A stretch of DNA of 64,000 bases from Octopus sinensis (Eukaryota), in NCBI RefSeq assembly GCF_006345805.1, contig NC_043023.1:17236001-17300000 (forward strand). Direction: 5' to 3'. The first letter of the stretch is position 1. Each line of letters opens with the position of its first letter. Below the pieces are notes generated by a model. That model saw only the letters and a list, made by a program, of their open reading frames with translations, did no database searches and was not told the origin of the DNA. Of the stretch, positions 25,267 to 39,228 are shown piece after piece. The translations under genes were made by a program, and so were the position numbers.

Positions 25267-26188
25267 GTAAGTAAAATATCGCCTCTTGATTTCAGTGTAA
25301 TTGATTGTATAACTCTGTGTTGGCGTGCGCGCATGCATGTGTGCGCGTGTGTGTGCGTGTGTGTGTGCATGCGCGCACAGGTCTGGTTTTCAAGAAGCAT
25401 TTTCGCATGAACATAGATCTTTAAAATAAATTTTCTTTAAAGCCAAAACAATGCAAGTTGTAACAAAATATTAATAATACAAGTCAGTGGTTTATACTCT
25501 TCTCTAGTATTTCAGTATTTCGGAGCTAGGAATCCTTCTTCGGGAAATTTACGGAGAAACGGTGCTAATAACTGTTTTCCCTGCTCTCTGGCGTGTGATT
25601 ATGAAGAGTTGGTTTGTGTTGCTATACACTGAACCGCAAAAGAAACGCGACATGTGTGTGACTGTGAAATATGTTTTAATTTCTTTATGTCTGAGATGAA
25701 TTTTGATAAATCTGATAAACCTATCAATGATTCAGTGATAGGCTGAATATTTTTTCAGTGTCTAAAAAGCATTGCAGTGAAAAAGACAAAGACAGTACGT
25801 GGATTGCTAGAAATCGGATCTGATACATCACCAACTCGCCTCACTCCTGCCGTTCCGTTTTCGGAAAACAGGTGCACAGTTATTTGTGGAATGGTCAAAT
25901 TAATTGCAATGACACAAAAACCTGAAATATTATCAATTTTATTTAGTGTTTTCAGCGGTCAACTTAGAAACAAACTTTACTTTTTATAAGGATATATATG
26001 TATGCATGTATGGTGTGGCCATATTTTTCGCTGTTTTATGGTACGCTTGTAGAAGGGAAACGCTAACAGCGTAAATCTAAAAAAACCTATATATATGGTG
26101 GGAGGTGTTTGTGTGTGTCTGATGATCATCGGGGAATTTAGAGTTAATTTCATTAATTTCTAACAATTTTTTCAATTTTTTTTTCCAG

Positions 26189-26238
26189 ATTTATATGATA
26201 GTTACGAAGCCGTAGTCATCTCAGTGATTTTGAAGTAG
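26189..26238 (+). CDS. paralog 1, terminal coding exon
   Basis: tttttttccag|AT...; (Y)LYDSYEAVVISVILK-TAG; stop codon position conserved in paralog 2. Confidence 0.72.
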
Positions 26239-26268
26239 AATATATATTATTCCCGAAACTGCATATTC

Positions 26269-26299
<31 letters not shown>

Positions 26300-26310
26300 C
26301 ATACATACAT

Positions 26311-26347
<37 letters not shown>

Positions 26348-27179
26348 TACATGCATACATACATACACACACACATACATACATACATACATACGTACAC
26401 ACATACATACATATATACATACATACATTCATACATACATACATACATACACACACACACGGACGGACAGACAGAGATTGATGTACAATGTATATGCTTT
26501 GAATAATAATAAAGGACATCATAGACAGGACAGCGTTCAACAGATACGCTGTTAGCTTAATGCTTTCATAGAAGAGAAAAACTCAAGATTTCAGAGGTGA
26601 GTCCTTCATCAGAAGAAAAGGAAAAGCCTATAAGAGTTAGAAAGAAGAATAAAAGATGAGAGAGAAAGAGAGAAAGAGAGGGAAACGGACAAAGTGTTAG
26701 GAAGCGGATGAAATGCAGTTCAATGAGGAGGGAGTTAATAAGAGAAGAGTGATGGGTGTCTGTGTGCAAGTATAGAAGGGGAACCTTATCTGAAACTGGA
26801 CATATAGGAAGGTGTGTGTACGGTTGCTTGGGATATGCATGTGTCTAGAAGTGCGCAAATTCAGAGATTTAGTGGCGTAGATACGTTGGGTATGCGAGAT
26901 TATGGGTATGTGTGTGTGAGTTGTCATTAAGGAGAAGAAAGTGTGGATGTGAGGATGTAGAAGTGTGCACGAGTGGGAAGGAAATGAGAAGGCGAGAGGA
27001 ATGAGGAGGGAGTGATGGATGTGTGGGAAAGTATACGAGTGGGAAACGGTTTCAGGCGGACGGAAGGTTTGTGCTGAAATAAGCAAGAAAGAGAAAAGAC
27101 ACAAGTTCTATGAGAGAAGAACGGTTAAAGAAAAAAATATTTAAAAATTTTAAGACATTGGTGATAATTAATAAAATCT

Positions 27180-27845
27180 AGATGTGAGAAAAATGTACGC
27201 GAATTGCTAGTGAGTTGCCATTGAAGACAGGAATCTCGCAGTTAGTGGTACGACCCCACCAAACGTCTTGTATGCTACCGGATGGAACATGAGCCGATTG
27301 ATCGCGGTATTTCTGGATTCTGTTCCGATCGGCCGCAGAATCTTTGGATCTCGCCCTGACCGCAGCATCCAGGATGTGAAGAGAAGCAAAGGAGTCGCTA
27401 ACTGTGAAATCCAGACAAAGAATCTGTCTCGCGACCACGGGCTCAGGGTGAGGCCGTCAGGTCTTTTCCTGTCACATCTGGACAATCCAGAAGCTTCCAA
27501 GTTTCAGGCGGCAGGAAAAACCATGGAAGCCCGTGGAGTCGACAAACCAACCCGTGCATATGTCAGCTCCCTTTCTGAGAGCAATGGAGACACGAAGTTC
27601 GTCCAAGTTTAATAGGCCACCGACATTAGCCACAGGGATGAAACTGGTCCAACTGGATGAAGAGGGAGTCGAAGGCGGTTTTCGAAATTGTGTTGTCCAA
27701 AGCTCTCTCACTCCGTCTGTCTTCCACCTCCTCAGAAGCAGACAAGCCCAGTTCCCTCCAGTGTTGGAGTAAGTGTGTATATTTCTTAATGGCTGATAAA
27801 ACTGAAACGATGTAGATTGTTTTTAGTCCTCAAAAAATACACACA

Positions 27846-27895
<50 letters not shown>

Positions 27896-28947
27896 TATCA
27901 TCATCATTGTTCGACTGTGGTCGAGACAATGGAATTTACTATGTTACGCCAGACTTCACGGTCCATCATAGCATTATGGAGGTCCTGTTGCTGGATGCCT
28001 GTATCCCTGGAGATTACATCAGGGTAGGAGAGTGTGCGCCCTCTGGTATTGCGAGTAGATGGCTTCCAGAGGAGAAGAGTAGAAATTACTTCTTTTTCAG
28101 CTCTACAACAATGTCCAGCAAACTGGACTCTCCTACCTTTCACAAGAGATAACACAGGTGGTAGTTTCCCATATATTTGCATTTTGGTTGGATGGCGCTT
28201 CCACGAGAGATTTTGAGCTCTCATAAGGAGGCGAGTGTAGGTTCCATCCAACCGCCTCTCAAGCTTCTTTGATAACGTCCAGGTTTCTGAGCCATATAGT
28301 AGAATTGGTTCGACTGTGGCTTTGAATATTTCAAGTTTGAAGTCTCTACTTAGATTTGATGACCAGATCTTATGCATGTCATTACAGGCTGACCAGGCCA
28401 TACCCTTTCTAGTTAGAAAGTCTTTTCCAGATGATGATATGTATGACCCAAGATATTTATAATCAGAAACCATATTTAAAGGTGCACTGTTGAGAGTATG
28501 GTTGATGCAATCACTGTTGGACAGGCACTTGTTTATGTATTCAGTTTTGGCCTCATTGAGGTAAAGACCTACACAATTTGAGGCTTGTTCAAGAGATTGT
28601 AAAAGAGACTGGGCATTGGAGAGAGAATCACTGATAAGAGCGATGTCGTCAGCAAAGTCAGTGTCTGTCAAGTACTCAGCTGGGTGTCTGGAACTTCTTC
28701 TTGGTTTTATTTCAAAGCCCTTGCCAGAGATGGTATCAACTGACATACGTAGCACATAATCAACAACAATGATGAAAAGAAATGGGGCGAGTGTGTCTCC
28801 CTGCAGTATTCCGGCTTTGATTGAGAAAGATGATGTTTCTCCATCAGGGGTTAAGATGGTTGAAGACGTATCTGTGTAGAGGACCTTGATGGCAGAAATA
28901 ATTTTGTCTGATATCCCATAGAGCTTAAGGATTTCAAACATATATAT

Positions 28948-28988
<41 letters not shown>

Positions 28989-29023
28989 ACACACACACAC
29001 ACCACACACACACACACACACAC

Positions 29024-29084
<61 letters not shown>

Positions 29085-29455
29085 ATATATATATATATAC
29101 ATGCATATATATACATATATATATATATACATATGTATATACATATATACATATACATACACATATATGTACATATATGCGGTCAGAAATAATCCACAGC
29201 TTCTGCGGCCGAAGGAACAAAATTCCTGAAAATACCGCGATCAGTCGGCCATCTACATTTTTTCCATCCTGTGGGATTCCAGACGTTTGGTGGAGTCGGA
29301 CCTCTGATTGCGAGATTCCTGTCTTCACAGGCAATTCACTAGCAATTCGCCTAGCAAAGGTAACTGGTGAGGCTCTTGACGGCGCTTGGCTGTTCCAGTG
29401 CATCAGCCTCGCCATCACCCATGGAAAGGCGGCAAGCATACTGGCGTGCCCCAAT
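27180..29455 (-). mobile_element. fragmented CRE-like retrotransposon relics (restriction-like endonuclease), interrupted by an RTE-X-like fragment
   Basis: GLSR.D.KRPDGLTL.PW...W at ~27400-27500 (minus); FQCISLAITHGKAASIL at ~29390-29450 (plus). Both motifs are typical of CRE-type endonucleases. Confidence 0.55.
27904..28940 (-). mobile_element. 5'-truncated RTE/RTE-X-like LINE (RT 3' half)
   Basis: GILQGDTLAP, DFADDIAL, YKYLGS and ILLYGSETW in an open frame; (GAT)n tail; flanked by microsatellite; not present in duplication copy 2. Confidence 0.85.
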
Positions 29456-29729
29456 AGCTTAAGGTGGTGAATTGTTTTCTTTTTATTTCTCTTTTTTCTT
29501 CTGTCTTTTTTAGTTTGAATTTTTTCATTTGTGTTTTCTGTTTTGTCCAATTTTCTAATTTAATCTTTTAAAACGGTAAACACTGTGAAGGCAATAAATT
29601 ACGAAAAAAAGTGTAAGACATAAGCAAGATTTTTTTTTAATTTCTGCAGAAACAGACTTGGAGTATTTCGTTTTTGGATTTGGTTTGCAAGATTCTTTAT
29701 ATAATTTCGTGTGTTGAAGCATATTCTGT

Positions 29730-29948
29730 TGTGTCTGGGGAGAGTGATTTTCTTTTTGTGCCTTATAATTTAACACACCCACCGGTAAAATTTCCACTTA
29801 TTTCTTATTTTTATTTTTCTAAAATTTTCGTTGCGTCTTGCAAACTTTTCAATAGTCTTGACTCTGTCTGTTATTTACACTGCGTTCCCTTTTGCTTGTT
29901 TGAGCTCATGTGTGTGAGGCAGTGTGTGTGTGTGTGTATGCATGCATG

Positions 29949-29982
<34 letters not shown>

Positions 29983-30164
29983 GGTATGTATGTATGTATA
30001 TATGTATATATGTATGTATGAATGTATATATGTATGTATGTATGTATTTATGTATGTATGTATGCATGTATGTATGTATAAATGTATGTTTTTACGTACA
30101 TATATATGTATGTATGTATGTATGTATGCATGCATGCATGTATGTATGTATGTATATATATATG

Positions 30165-30198
<34 letters not shown>

Positions 30199-30545
30199 TG
30201 TATGTATGTCTGTGTTTGAATGTGTATGTATGTATGTTTGTGTATGCATATGTATATATGTATGTGTGTGTATCTGTATGTACGTATCCTGCATATTTAT
30301 GTGCTTGCATATCCGTGTTTGTGTATTTCCTATGTATGTGTGTGTGTAAGCGTGTGTTTGTATATTTATGTACCTCTGTCTCCTTGTGTGTGCATGTCTG
30401 TGTGTGTTATGCAACTACGTACCATGTTTGTATGTATGGTTGTGCATCTTTATATGTGTGGATCCGTGTCTCCATATTTGTCTGATTATACATACATGCA
30501 TGTATAGGCACACACACACACACACTGACCCCCCCACACACACAC

Positions 30546-30584
<39 letters not shown>

Positions 30585-30775
30585 AGCCACACACATCCGC
30601 ACAAACAAACAAAAGGGAACGCAGTGTAAATAACGGACAGAGTCAAAACTATTGAAAAGGTTGCAAGACGCAACGAAAATTTTAGGAAAATAAAAAATAA
30701 GAAATAAGTGGAAATTTTACCGGTGACTGTGTTACATAAAAAGGCACAAAAAGAGAATGACTCTCCCCAAACTTG
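29730..30775. repeat. foldback: ~175-bp inverted arms around a microsatellite core
   Basis: 29730-29905 is the reverse complement of ~30600-30775; paralog at ~48485-49240. Confidence 0.75.
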
Positions 30776-31127
30776 GAGTAGATATGCCAAAAACATGTAA
30801 AATAAACAGTAAATGTAGACGAAAACCAAAGCAAAAAGCACAAAAACCCCCAAAACTTTCACTATTGAACTCACTTTTATTTTCTCAATATCATATCGTG
30901 ATAATTATACATATATACGTACATACATACATACAAATATATATATATATATATAAATTAATTGTTATCGCCATATTAATATGGCATTCTTATAGATATA
31001 AGAATAAAACTGTCGCTGATTAGCCCCATGAGGCCATCCGCCTTAAGATAGCTATTTGATACACAATCTGTATCCATTATAACCTTCGAACAAGGGAGGT
31101 CAGCCGCTCCACACTGCCAGTCCGACA

Positions 31128-31170
31128 GCTACAGATGCGTTTCAGGGTATTTGCCCTTTGTCAATGTAGC
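31128..31170 (-). ncRNA. minimal hammerhead ribozyme motif (U3-A8 variant)
   Basis: Minus strand reads GCTACA TTGACAA AGGG-loop-CCCT GAAA CGCA TC TGTAGC. Confidence 0.6.
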
Positions 31171-31452
31171 GTAGTCAGACCTAGCATGTGTCGCCACTGA
31201 CGTCTCTGTTCGAAGGTTTTTATTTACCTAGTTTCGGTGGAATACATCCACTTGTTTTCAATAATAGAAATATTAAAATTACTAAGTCTCTCTAAAAGAG
31301 ATTGCGGCAGCGTTACTGGAAATTAATTGTTATCGCCATATTAATATGGCATTCTTATAGATATAAGAATAAAACTGTCGCTGATTAGCTCCATGAGGCC
31401 ATCCGCCTTAAGATAGCTATTTGATACACAATCTGTATCCATTATAACCTAC

Positions 31453-31495
31453 GCTACATTGACAAAGGGCAAATACCCTGAAACGCGTCTGTAGC
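31453..31495 (+). ncRNA. minimal type I hammerhead ribozyme motif (U3-A8 variant)
   Basis: GCTACA TTGACAA AGGG CAAATA CCCT GAAA CGCG TC TGTAGC: 6-bp stem I, 4-bp stem II, palindromic ACGCGT stem III, GUC cleavage triplet. Confidence 0.7.
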
Positions 31496-31721
31496 TTTCG
31501 GACTGGCAGTGTGGAGCGGCTGACCTCCCTTGTTCGAAGGTTATAATGGATACAGATTGTGTATCAAATAGCTATCTTAAGGCGGATGGCCTCATGGAGC
31601 TAATCAGCGACAGTTTTATTCTTATATCTATAAGAATGCCATATTAATATGGCGATAACAATTAATTTCCAGTAACGCTGCCGCAATCTCTTTTAGAGAG
31701 ACTTAGTAATTTTAATATTTC

Positions 31722-31825
<104 letters not shown>

Positions 31826-32395
31826 ATCCCAAAAAAGAAGAACAAACACAAAAAATACAAAAAGAAACAACGCGAGGACGTGGTTCATGTAAAGTATTAG
31901 CAGACGCTCGGGGAAGAAAGGAAGATAGTTTAATGTTTCGAGCAACGCTCTTCCTTCTTCAGAAACAGAGGAATCTCCAATAGTAAAGGAAGACGGAGGA
32001 AGAAAATCGCCAACGATTCTCATGTGGTTACATTTTGAATATATATATATTTTATTTATTTATATTTATATTTATATCTATATTTATATTTGTATTTATA
32101 TTTATATTGAGGGCATTATTATACATAAATGCCACACGCCAGGAACGACTCTTAAAGTCAAAACAACCAAAATAAATGTCTTTATTTATTTTGGTAGTTT
32201 TGACTTTAAGAGTCCCTCCTGGCGTGTGGCATTTATGTATCAAAAACCCATCAATATAAATGAATTTATTTAAGAGACAAATTGATGGATTTTTCTTATG
32301 AGGTTTTTCACGCTAACTATTTGATAAATTCTTATAAAGGTTTAACCTATTTATAAATTGTATACGTATAGGTTCTGCTATCTAATAATCATTAT

Positions 32396-32427
<32 letters not shown>

Positions 32428-32486
32428 ATATATATATATATAATATATAAATATATATATGTATATAAATATATATATATAATATG

Positions 32487-32546
<60 letters not shown>

Positions 32547-32561
32547 ATAAATATATATATA

Positions 32562-32954
32562 CTAGCAGTATCGCCCGGCGTTGCTCGGGTTTGTAAGGGA
32601 AATAACTATATAAGCATTTTTAGAGAGTTATACCAAAAAATAGCCAAAAAATGCATAAAAATGGAAAAAAAATTAAGGTAAATTTCTTTTCAAATCGTTG
32701 ACACATCGTAGATATTTTTAGAGAGTTACTTCCCTTATATAATAGCGAAAAAAATGCATTAAAATGGAAAAATATGATGGTAAATTTTTTTAAATCGTAG
32801 ACTCATCGTAGACGCGCGCTAATACCCAGAAGGGCTCGATATGAATCACGACTATAAGATACCGGTTTTGGTTACACTGCACCGCAAAATGTGGGAGTAG
32901 TTAGGAATCTAAATCAAGGAGACAGACACACAACTTCACTCTTATATATAAAGA
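32562..32954 (-). mobile_element. non-autonomous Helitron
   Basis: Reverse complement of the 5258-5651 type: TCTTTATATATAAG ... hairpin-CTAG. Confidence 0.8.
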
Positions 32955-33299
32955 TATAAGCCACGTAGTTATATACACATACTTTGTTATATACGCATTC
33001 TTAAAAGAAAATGTTATTTTGAATACAACATTTATAAAGAATAAAATATTTTTTGGTTTTTCTTAATCCTTTCGTTACTATATTTCTGACCAAAATACAC
33101 CCCTTATGTGTTTCAATTAATTTCTAACGTAATCATAAATTTAGTCTGGTTTCATTAAACAACTATAACTTTTTTATTTATCAATATACTAATGTGATTT
33201 TTGGAAGATAATTTAATGTCCTCAACCAATTCTATACGATAATTTTTGTCACAAAGTGACGCTAATTGCAGGTAGATACAGGTAAATTCAACAATATAT

Positions 33300-35063
33300 A
33301 AAATTATTAAAATTTTGTCCAAACATCGCTATAGAAAATGGGTTATTAGCTAATATTCAATTGGGTATACCTCAAAATTTTACGATAGAATTTGTTATTC
33401 TGGGTAACTTTCTGTAAAATTATTAAAATTTTGTTCAAACATCGCTATAGAAAATGGGTTCTTAGCTAATATTCAATTGGGTATACAACAAAATTTTACG
33501 ATAGAATTTGTTATTCTGGGTAACTTTCTGTAAAATTATTAAAATTTTGTTCAAACATCGCTATAGAAAATGGGTTATTAGCTAATATTCAATTGGGTAT
33601 ACAACAAAATTTACGATTAGAATTTGTTATTCTGGGTAACTTTCTGTAAAATTATTAAAATTTTGTTCAAACATCGCTATAGAAAATGGGTTATTAGCTA
33701 ATATTCAATTGGGTATACAACAAAATTTTACGATAGAATTTGTTATTCTGGGTAACTTTCTGTAAAATTATTAAAATTTTGTTCAAACATCGCTATAGAA
33801 AATGGGTTCTTAGCTAATATTCAATTGGGTATACAACAAAATTTTACGATAGAATTTGTTATTCTGGGTAACTTTCTGTAAAATTATTAAAATTTTGTTC
33901 AAACATCGCTATAGAAAATGGGTTATTAGCTAATATTCAATTGGGTATACCACACAAATTTTACGATAGAATTTGTTATTATGCTGGGTAATTTCTGTAA
34001 AATTATTAAATTTTGTTCAAACATCGCTAGAGAAAATGGGTTATTAGCTAATATTCAATTGGGTATACAACAAAATTTTACGATAGAATTTGTTATTCTG
34101 GGTAACTTTCTGTAAAATTATTAAAATTTTGTTCAAACATCGCTAGAGAAAATGGGTATTAGCTAATATTCAATTGGGTATACAACAAAATTTTACGATA
34201 GAATGTGTTATTCTGGGTAACTTTCTGTAAAATTATTAAAATTTTGTTCAAACATCGCTATAGAAAATGGGTTATTAGCTAATATTCAATTGGGTATACA
34301 ACAAAATTTTACAATAGAATTTGTTATTCTGGGTAACTTCTGTAAAATTATTAAAATTTGTTCAAACATCGCTATAGAAAATGGGTTATTAGCTAATATT
34401 CAATTGGTATACAACAAAATTTTACAATAGAATTTGTTATTCTGGGTAACTTTCTGTAAAATTATTAAAATTTTGTTGAAACATCGCTATAGAAAATGGG
34501 TTATTAGCTAATATTCAATTGGGTAACAACAAAATTTTACAATAGAATTTGTTATTCTGGGTAACTTTCTGTAAAATTATTAAATTTTGTTGAACATCGC
34601 TATAGAAAATGGGTTATTAGCTAATATTCAATTGGGTATACAACAAAATTTTACGATAGAATGTGTTATTCTGGGTAACTTTCTGTAAAATTATTAAAAT
34701 TTTGTTGAAACATCGCTATAGAAAATGGGTTATTAGCTAATATTCAATTGGGTATACAACAAAATTTTACGATAGAATGTGTTATTCTGGGTAACTTTCT
34801 GTAAAATTATTAAAATTTTGTTCAAACATCGCTATAGAAAATGGGTTATTAGCTAATATTCAATTGGGTATACAACAAAATTTTACAATAGAATTTGTTA
34901 TTCTGGGTAACTTTCTGTAAAATTATTAAAATTTTGTTCAAACATCGCTAGAGAAAATGGGTTATTAGCTAATATTCAATTGGGTATACAACAAAATTTT
35001 ACAATAGAATTTGTTATTCTGGGTAACTTTCTGTAAAATTATTAAAATTTTGTTCAAACATCG
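33300..35063. repeat. satellite array, ~116-bp monomer, about 15 copies
   Basis: AAATTATTAAAATTTTGTTCAAACATCGCTATAGAAAATGGG...GGGTAACTTTCTGTA repeated with few variants. Confidence 0.95.
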
Positions 35064-35477
35064 TTTTGTTTACGTTTAGCGTAACGTTTCGTTTCTGCCG
35101 TAATGATTTTAAATGGGCTCATTCTAAAAAGTAAATAGAAATAGTCTAAGGCTTTACTCTTCTGGGAAAGTCTGTGGCTTGGTCCAGTTTCTTCAGAAAA
35201 ATCACCGAAGGAAACAGTTTTTAAATTTTCACTCCATTCAGGTGCTAATTCGTGTTCTTAATCGCTGTCGGATTCACTGGTTTCACTTTAATAGCTGCCA
35301 ACTTGCAAAGACAAAGGAGGAGAAGGGTGATAGCGTCAGTGAACAATTCGCTCCTTGTGTGGTGTGTGCGTTTGCGTGTGGTGTAAACCACATTAAGAAA
35401 AACATTTGACACACACACCAGAATGTGAGTTTTCTGTAAATTTTGCTTAATTGGAGTTTAAATTTAAAAACTGGACC

Positions 35478-35577
35478 NNNNNNNNNNNNNNNNNNNNNNN
35501 NNNNNNNNNNNNNNNNNNNNNNNNNNNNNNNNNNNNNNNNNNNNNNNNNNNNNNNNNNNNNNNNNNNNNNNNNNNNN
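35478..35577. other. assembly gap (100 N)
   Basis: Run of N. Confidence 1.
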
Positions 35578-35623
35578 GCAATTTAAAAACATCTTTTAAA
35601 TTGCATTTTCAAACCTTCTTTCG

Positions 35624-35677
<54 letters not shown>

Positions 35678-36509
35678 GATAAATAGATAAATAGATATAG
35701 ATATATATATAAGCACACACACACACGCATATATATATATATATAGAGAGAGAGAGAGCCAGCATTTGTTTTTGCTATGTCAAAGTTACTGTAACATACA
35801 AGTTCGGCAAATAGGTCGGAAGGAATAAGTGGTATTCTTGAGAAAGAGAAATACTGGAGTCGGTCTGTTGGACTAATCACGTCACTGTTGTGCTCCAGCG
35901 TGGCCGTAGTTCAATAACTGAAAGAAGTAAGCAATGAGAATAAAATCTATTTAGTAACTACAATAACGAAGTGGTTTAAGGTATGTGTTCAGGAAGATAA
36001 CTCTCAAGATAAGAAAATATATATTTGAGAATAGCTTCCCTTAACAAAGGCAACTACGACCGATCAATAATTTTAGAATGTGTGCGTGTGTCTATGTATG
36101 TATGTATGTATGTATGTATGTATGTATGTATGTATGTATGTATGTATGTATGTATGTATGAATGTATGTATGTATGTATGTATGTATGAATGTATGTATG
36201 AATGTATGTATGTATGTATGTATGTATGTATGAATGTATGTATGTATGTATGTATGTATGAATGTATGTATGTATGTATGTATGTATGTAGTATGTATGT
36301 ATGTATGTATGTATGTATGTATGTATGAATGTATGTAGTATGTATGTATGTATGTATGAATGTATGTATGTATGAATGTATGTATGTATGTATGTATGTA
36401 TGTATGTATGTATTATGTATGTATGTATGAATGTATGTATGTATGTATGTATGTATGTATGTATGTATGAATGTATGTATGTATGTATGTATGTATGTAT
36501 GTTTGTATG

Positions 36510-36543
<34 letters not shown>

Positions 36544-37300
36544 TGCATGTATGTATGTATGGCTGTATGTATGTATGCATGCATGCATGTATATATGTAT
36601 GTATGTATGCATGCATGCTTGAATGTATGTATGCACGTATGCATGTATATATGTATGTATGTATTAGGTACATGCACATCCCTATACCGTGCATGTATAC
36701 TAACATCGCTCCTTTACTCATGTGAGACATGGAACCTTTACAAACGTCATGTAAGGGTCCTTGAACACTTTCACCAGAGATGCCTGAGATACATTCTGAA
36801 TGTTGGATGAACATTAAAAACTGCAGGCACACATTTCTTGAGGAAAGCTGATGTCCAGAGGATTGAGGCGACGATACATAAGCACTGGTTAGCCACGTTA
36901 GGTTCTCATTAGCCACGAACAGAGCTGCAAATGCAAAATATAAGTTAGTCCTAGAGTGCACAATGTTCCTGAAGGTCAGCAATGGTCTTCCTCGGTCACG
37001 AGTGGACAGTCATCTTCATGTATCATCATGTATACACACACACACACATGTATATAAATGAATATATATATATATGTATCTATATAAATGAATATATATA
37101 TATGTATATATATATAAATAACTGTATATATGTATATATGTATATAGCTATATATATACATATATGTATATAAATGTATATTATATATGTGTATATATAT
37201 ATGTATAATTATGTATATATATGTATATAAATGTGTATATATATACGTACATAGATGTATATATGTATATGTGTGTATGTATATATGTATATATGTATAT

Positions 37301-37363
<63 letters not shown>

Positions 37364-37690
37364 TACATATATACATACACACATATACATATATACATCT
37401 ATGTACGTATATATATACACATTTATATACATATATATACGTAATTATATATATATATATATAAAATATTATTCGAGACAAAACCACTATTTTGCAAAAC
37501 AAACAAGGAAAGACTTAATAATACATAAAATTTTAATAAATAGTCAAATATATATATGTATATAAATGTGTATATATATACGTACATAGATGTATATATG
37601 TATATGTGTGTATGTATATATGTATATTATATATATATATATATGTATATATGTATATATACATACATACATACATGTATATATGTATAT

Positions 37691-37757
<67 letters not shown>

Positions 37758-38107
37758 TACATATATACATTTTTTGACTATTTATTAAAATTTTATGTAT
37801 TAATTAAGTCTTTCCTTGTTTGTTTTGCAAAATAGTGGTTTTGTCTCGAATAATATTTTATAATATTTTACTATAAAATCGATTTAATCCTAAATCTGAT
37901 TTTTTCCCTGTAAATTTGGATTTATTCCCTAATATTTATTATTATTATATATATATATATATATATATTACGGAGATGTACTCGCATAGCAAGTAATTTG
38001 ATCTGAGATCGTGTGCTGAAAGAAAACAATTGCAGCGTGGAAGGTGTTTATAAGCCATTTAAGGAACACACAAAAGCCGTTCGATTCACTTCAACATTTA
38101 AGTTTAA

Positions 38108-38157
38108 TTTGTCAAAATATTTTCGTCACTAAAATCCGTGACCTGTTCACTGACAAA
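38108..38157 (-). ncRNA. minimal hammerhead ribozyme motif (G3-C8 variant)
   Basis: Inverted copy of 38177-38226. Confidence 0.62.
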
Positions 38158-38176
38158 AATCCGTGCAGCACAGATT

Positions 38177-38226
38177 TTTGTCAGTGAACAGGTCACGGAT
38201 TTTAGTGACGAAAATATTTTGACAAA
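38177..38226 (+). ncRNA. minimal type I hammerhead ribozyme motif (G3-C8 variant)
   Basis: TTTGTCA GTGAACA G GTCAC GGATTTTA GTGAC GAAA ATAT TT TGACAAA: 7-bp stem I, 5-bp stem II, palindromic AAATATTT stem III. Confidence 0.65.
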
Positions 38227-38805
38227 TTAAACTTAAATGTTGAAGTGAATCGAACGGCTTTTGTGTGTTCCTTAAATGGCTTATAAACACCTTCCACGCT
38301 GCAATTGTATATATATATATAGATGAATGTATTTTTACCTTGTTACCAATTTACACAGAAAAAATAAATAAATATTTACGGGGGTAGCAAAAATCTCGCA
38401 AGTAAAGATGTTGTAACTCCTTGTTTATTGAGGTAGAAACTTCGTGGTTACGTAGAATATTTTGAATAATATATGAATAGGTAAATGGAGTTTAACGCAG
38501 TGTAAATGAAATATTTTTAACTTCGACACACGTTTCAAAAATTCCACTGATACTATTCAAAAGAATAAATGGAATAAACAATGCAATCTTCTCTTTGGGA
38601 AAGTGAAAAAAACGAAACTCGTCAATACGACATTTTAGCAAAAAATGATCGATTTGTATAGCGATTGACAGAACGCTATTTATATTGTTTAAAAAAACGT
38701 TATATGATATAAGGTCATAAGTAGCTTACAGAAAGTGTAGGGATATTAATAGTGAATGTTAAATATAAAGGAAATTAAAGTTTAAATTATATATAATTAT
38801 AAAGA

Positions 38806-39228
38806 CTACTTATATGCACTAAATGTGTGTTTTTGCCAATGCTTACATCTGTATGCTCGCTCTATAACAGTGTTTACTAGATTAATTTTAGAAAAAATTA
38901 TGAAAAATAGCTCAGAATTGCAGAGAAGACAGAATTCCTTGCCTTTGTCATAAGGTATCGAAATTGAGAGAATCAACCATTCTAAAGGAAATTGTTCATT
39001 GTCGTCTTTTAAAACCCAAATCACTTTGCTGAGACCGGTATTATTACGTTTATTTCTATCCCTAAATATTGAGTAATGGATAGAAATTACTTTAGATAAC
39101 TCTAACGATGTGCTTCCAATGTAAAATCGTACTTTATTACGAGTACTGATTATACACTGGTATATAGAATTTTTAATCTTAGAGTTACTTGACATAAACT
39201 TAATTCTATTGGAATTGACTTCAGATAC
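38806..39228 (-). mobile_element. Penelope-like GIY-YIG endonuclease fragment
   Basis: SIYQC..FYIGSTS..H..TGLSKVIWVLK..W..Y..CLLCNSE, open reading frame. Confidence 0.8.

Larger units (their letters stand above)
37968..38308. mobile_element. Penelope-type foldback mini-element
   Basis: Near-perfect ~141-bp inverted arms (38026-38166 / 38168-38308) with a 1-nt spacer, in (TA)n; absent in copy 1. Confidence 0.75.

Noticed and set aside
25500-25990. Conserved short ORFs between exons 4 and 5 as extra exons
   Set aside because: Conservation matches the intron background, copy 2 has frame-disrupting indels, and exons 4 and 5 already join in phase.
27904-29550. 548-aa ORF as a single protein
   Set aside because: Chance read-through joining antisense CRE relic, microsatellite and a truncated LINE RT; only ~27904-28940 is real coding relic.
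32120-32240. Inverted repeat with GAC..GTC-AAAA as another hammerhead
   Set aside because: The hairpin is real and copy-1-specific, but the catalytic core (CUGANGA/GAAA) is not recognisable.
33300-35063. Regular array resembling CRISPR
   Set aside because: Monomers are contiguous with no unique spacers, there are no cas genes, and the context is eukaryotic: it is satellite DNA.
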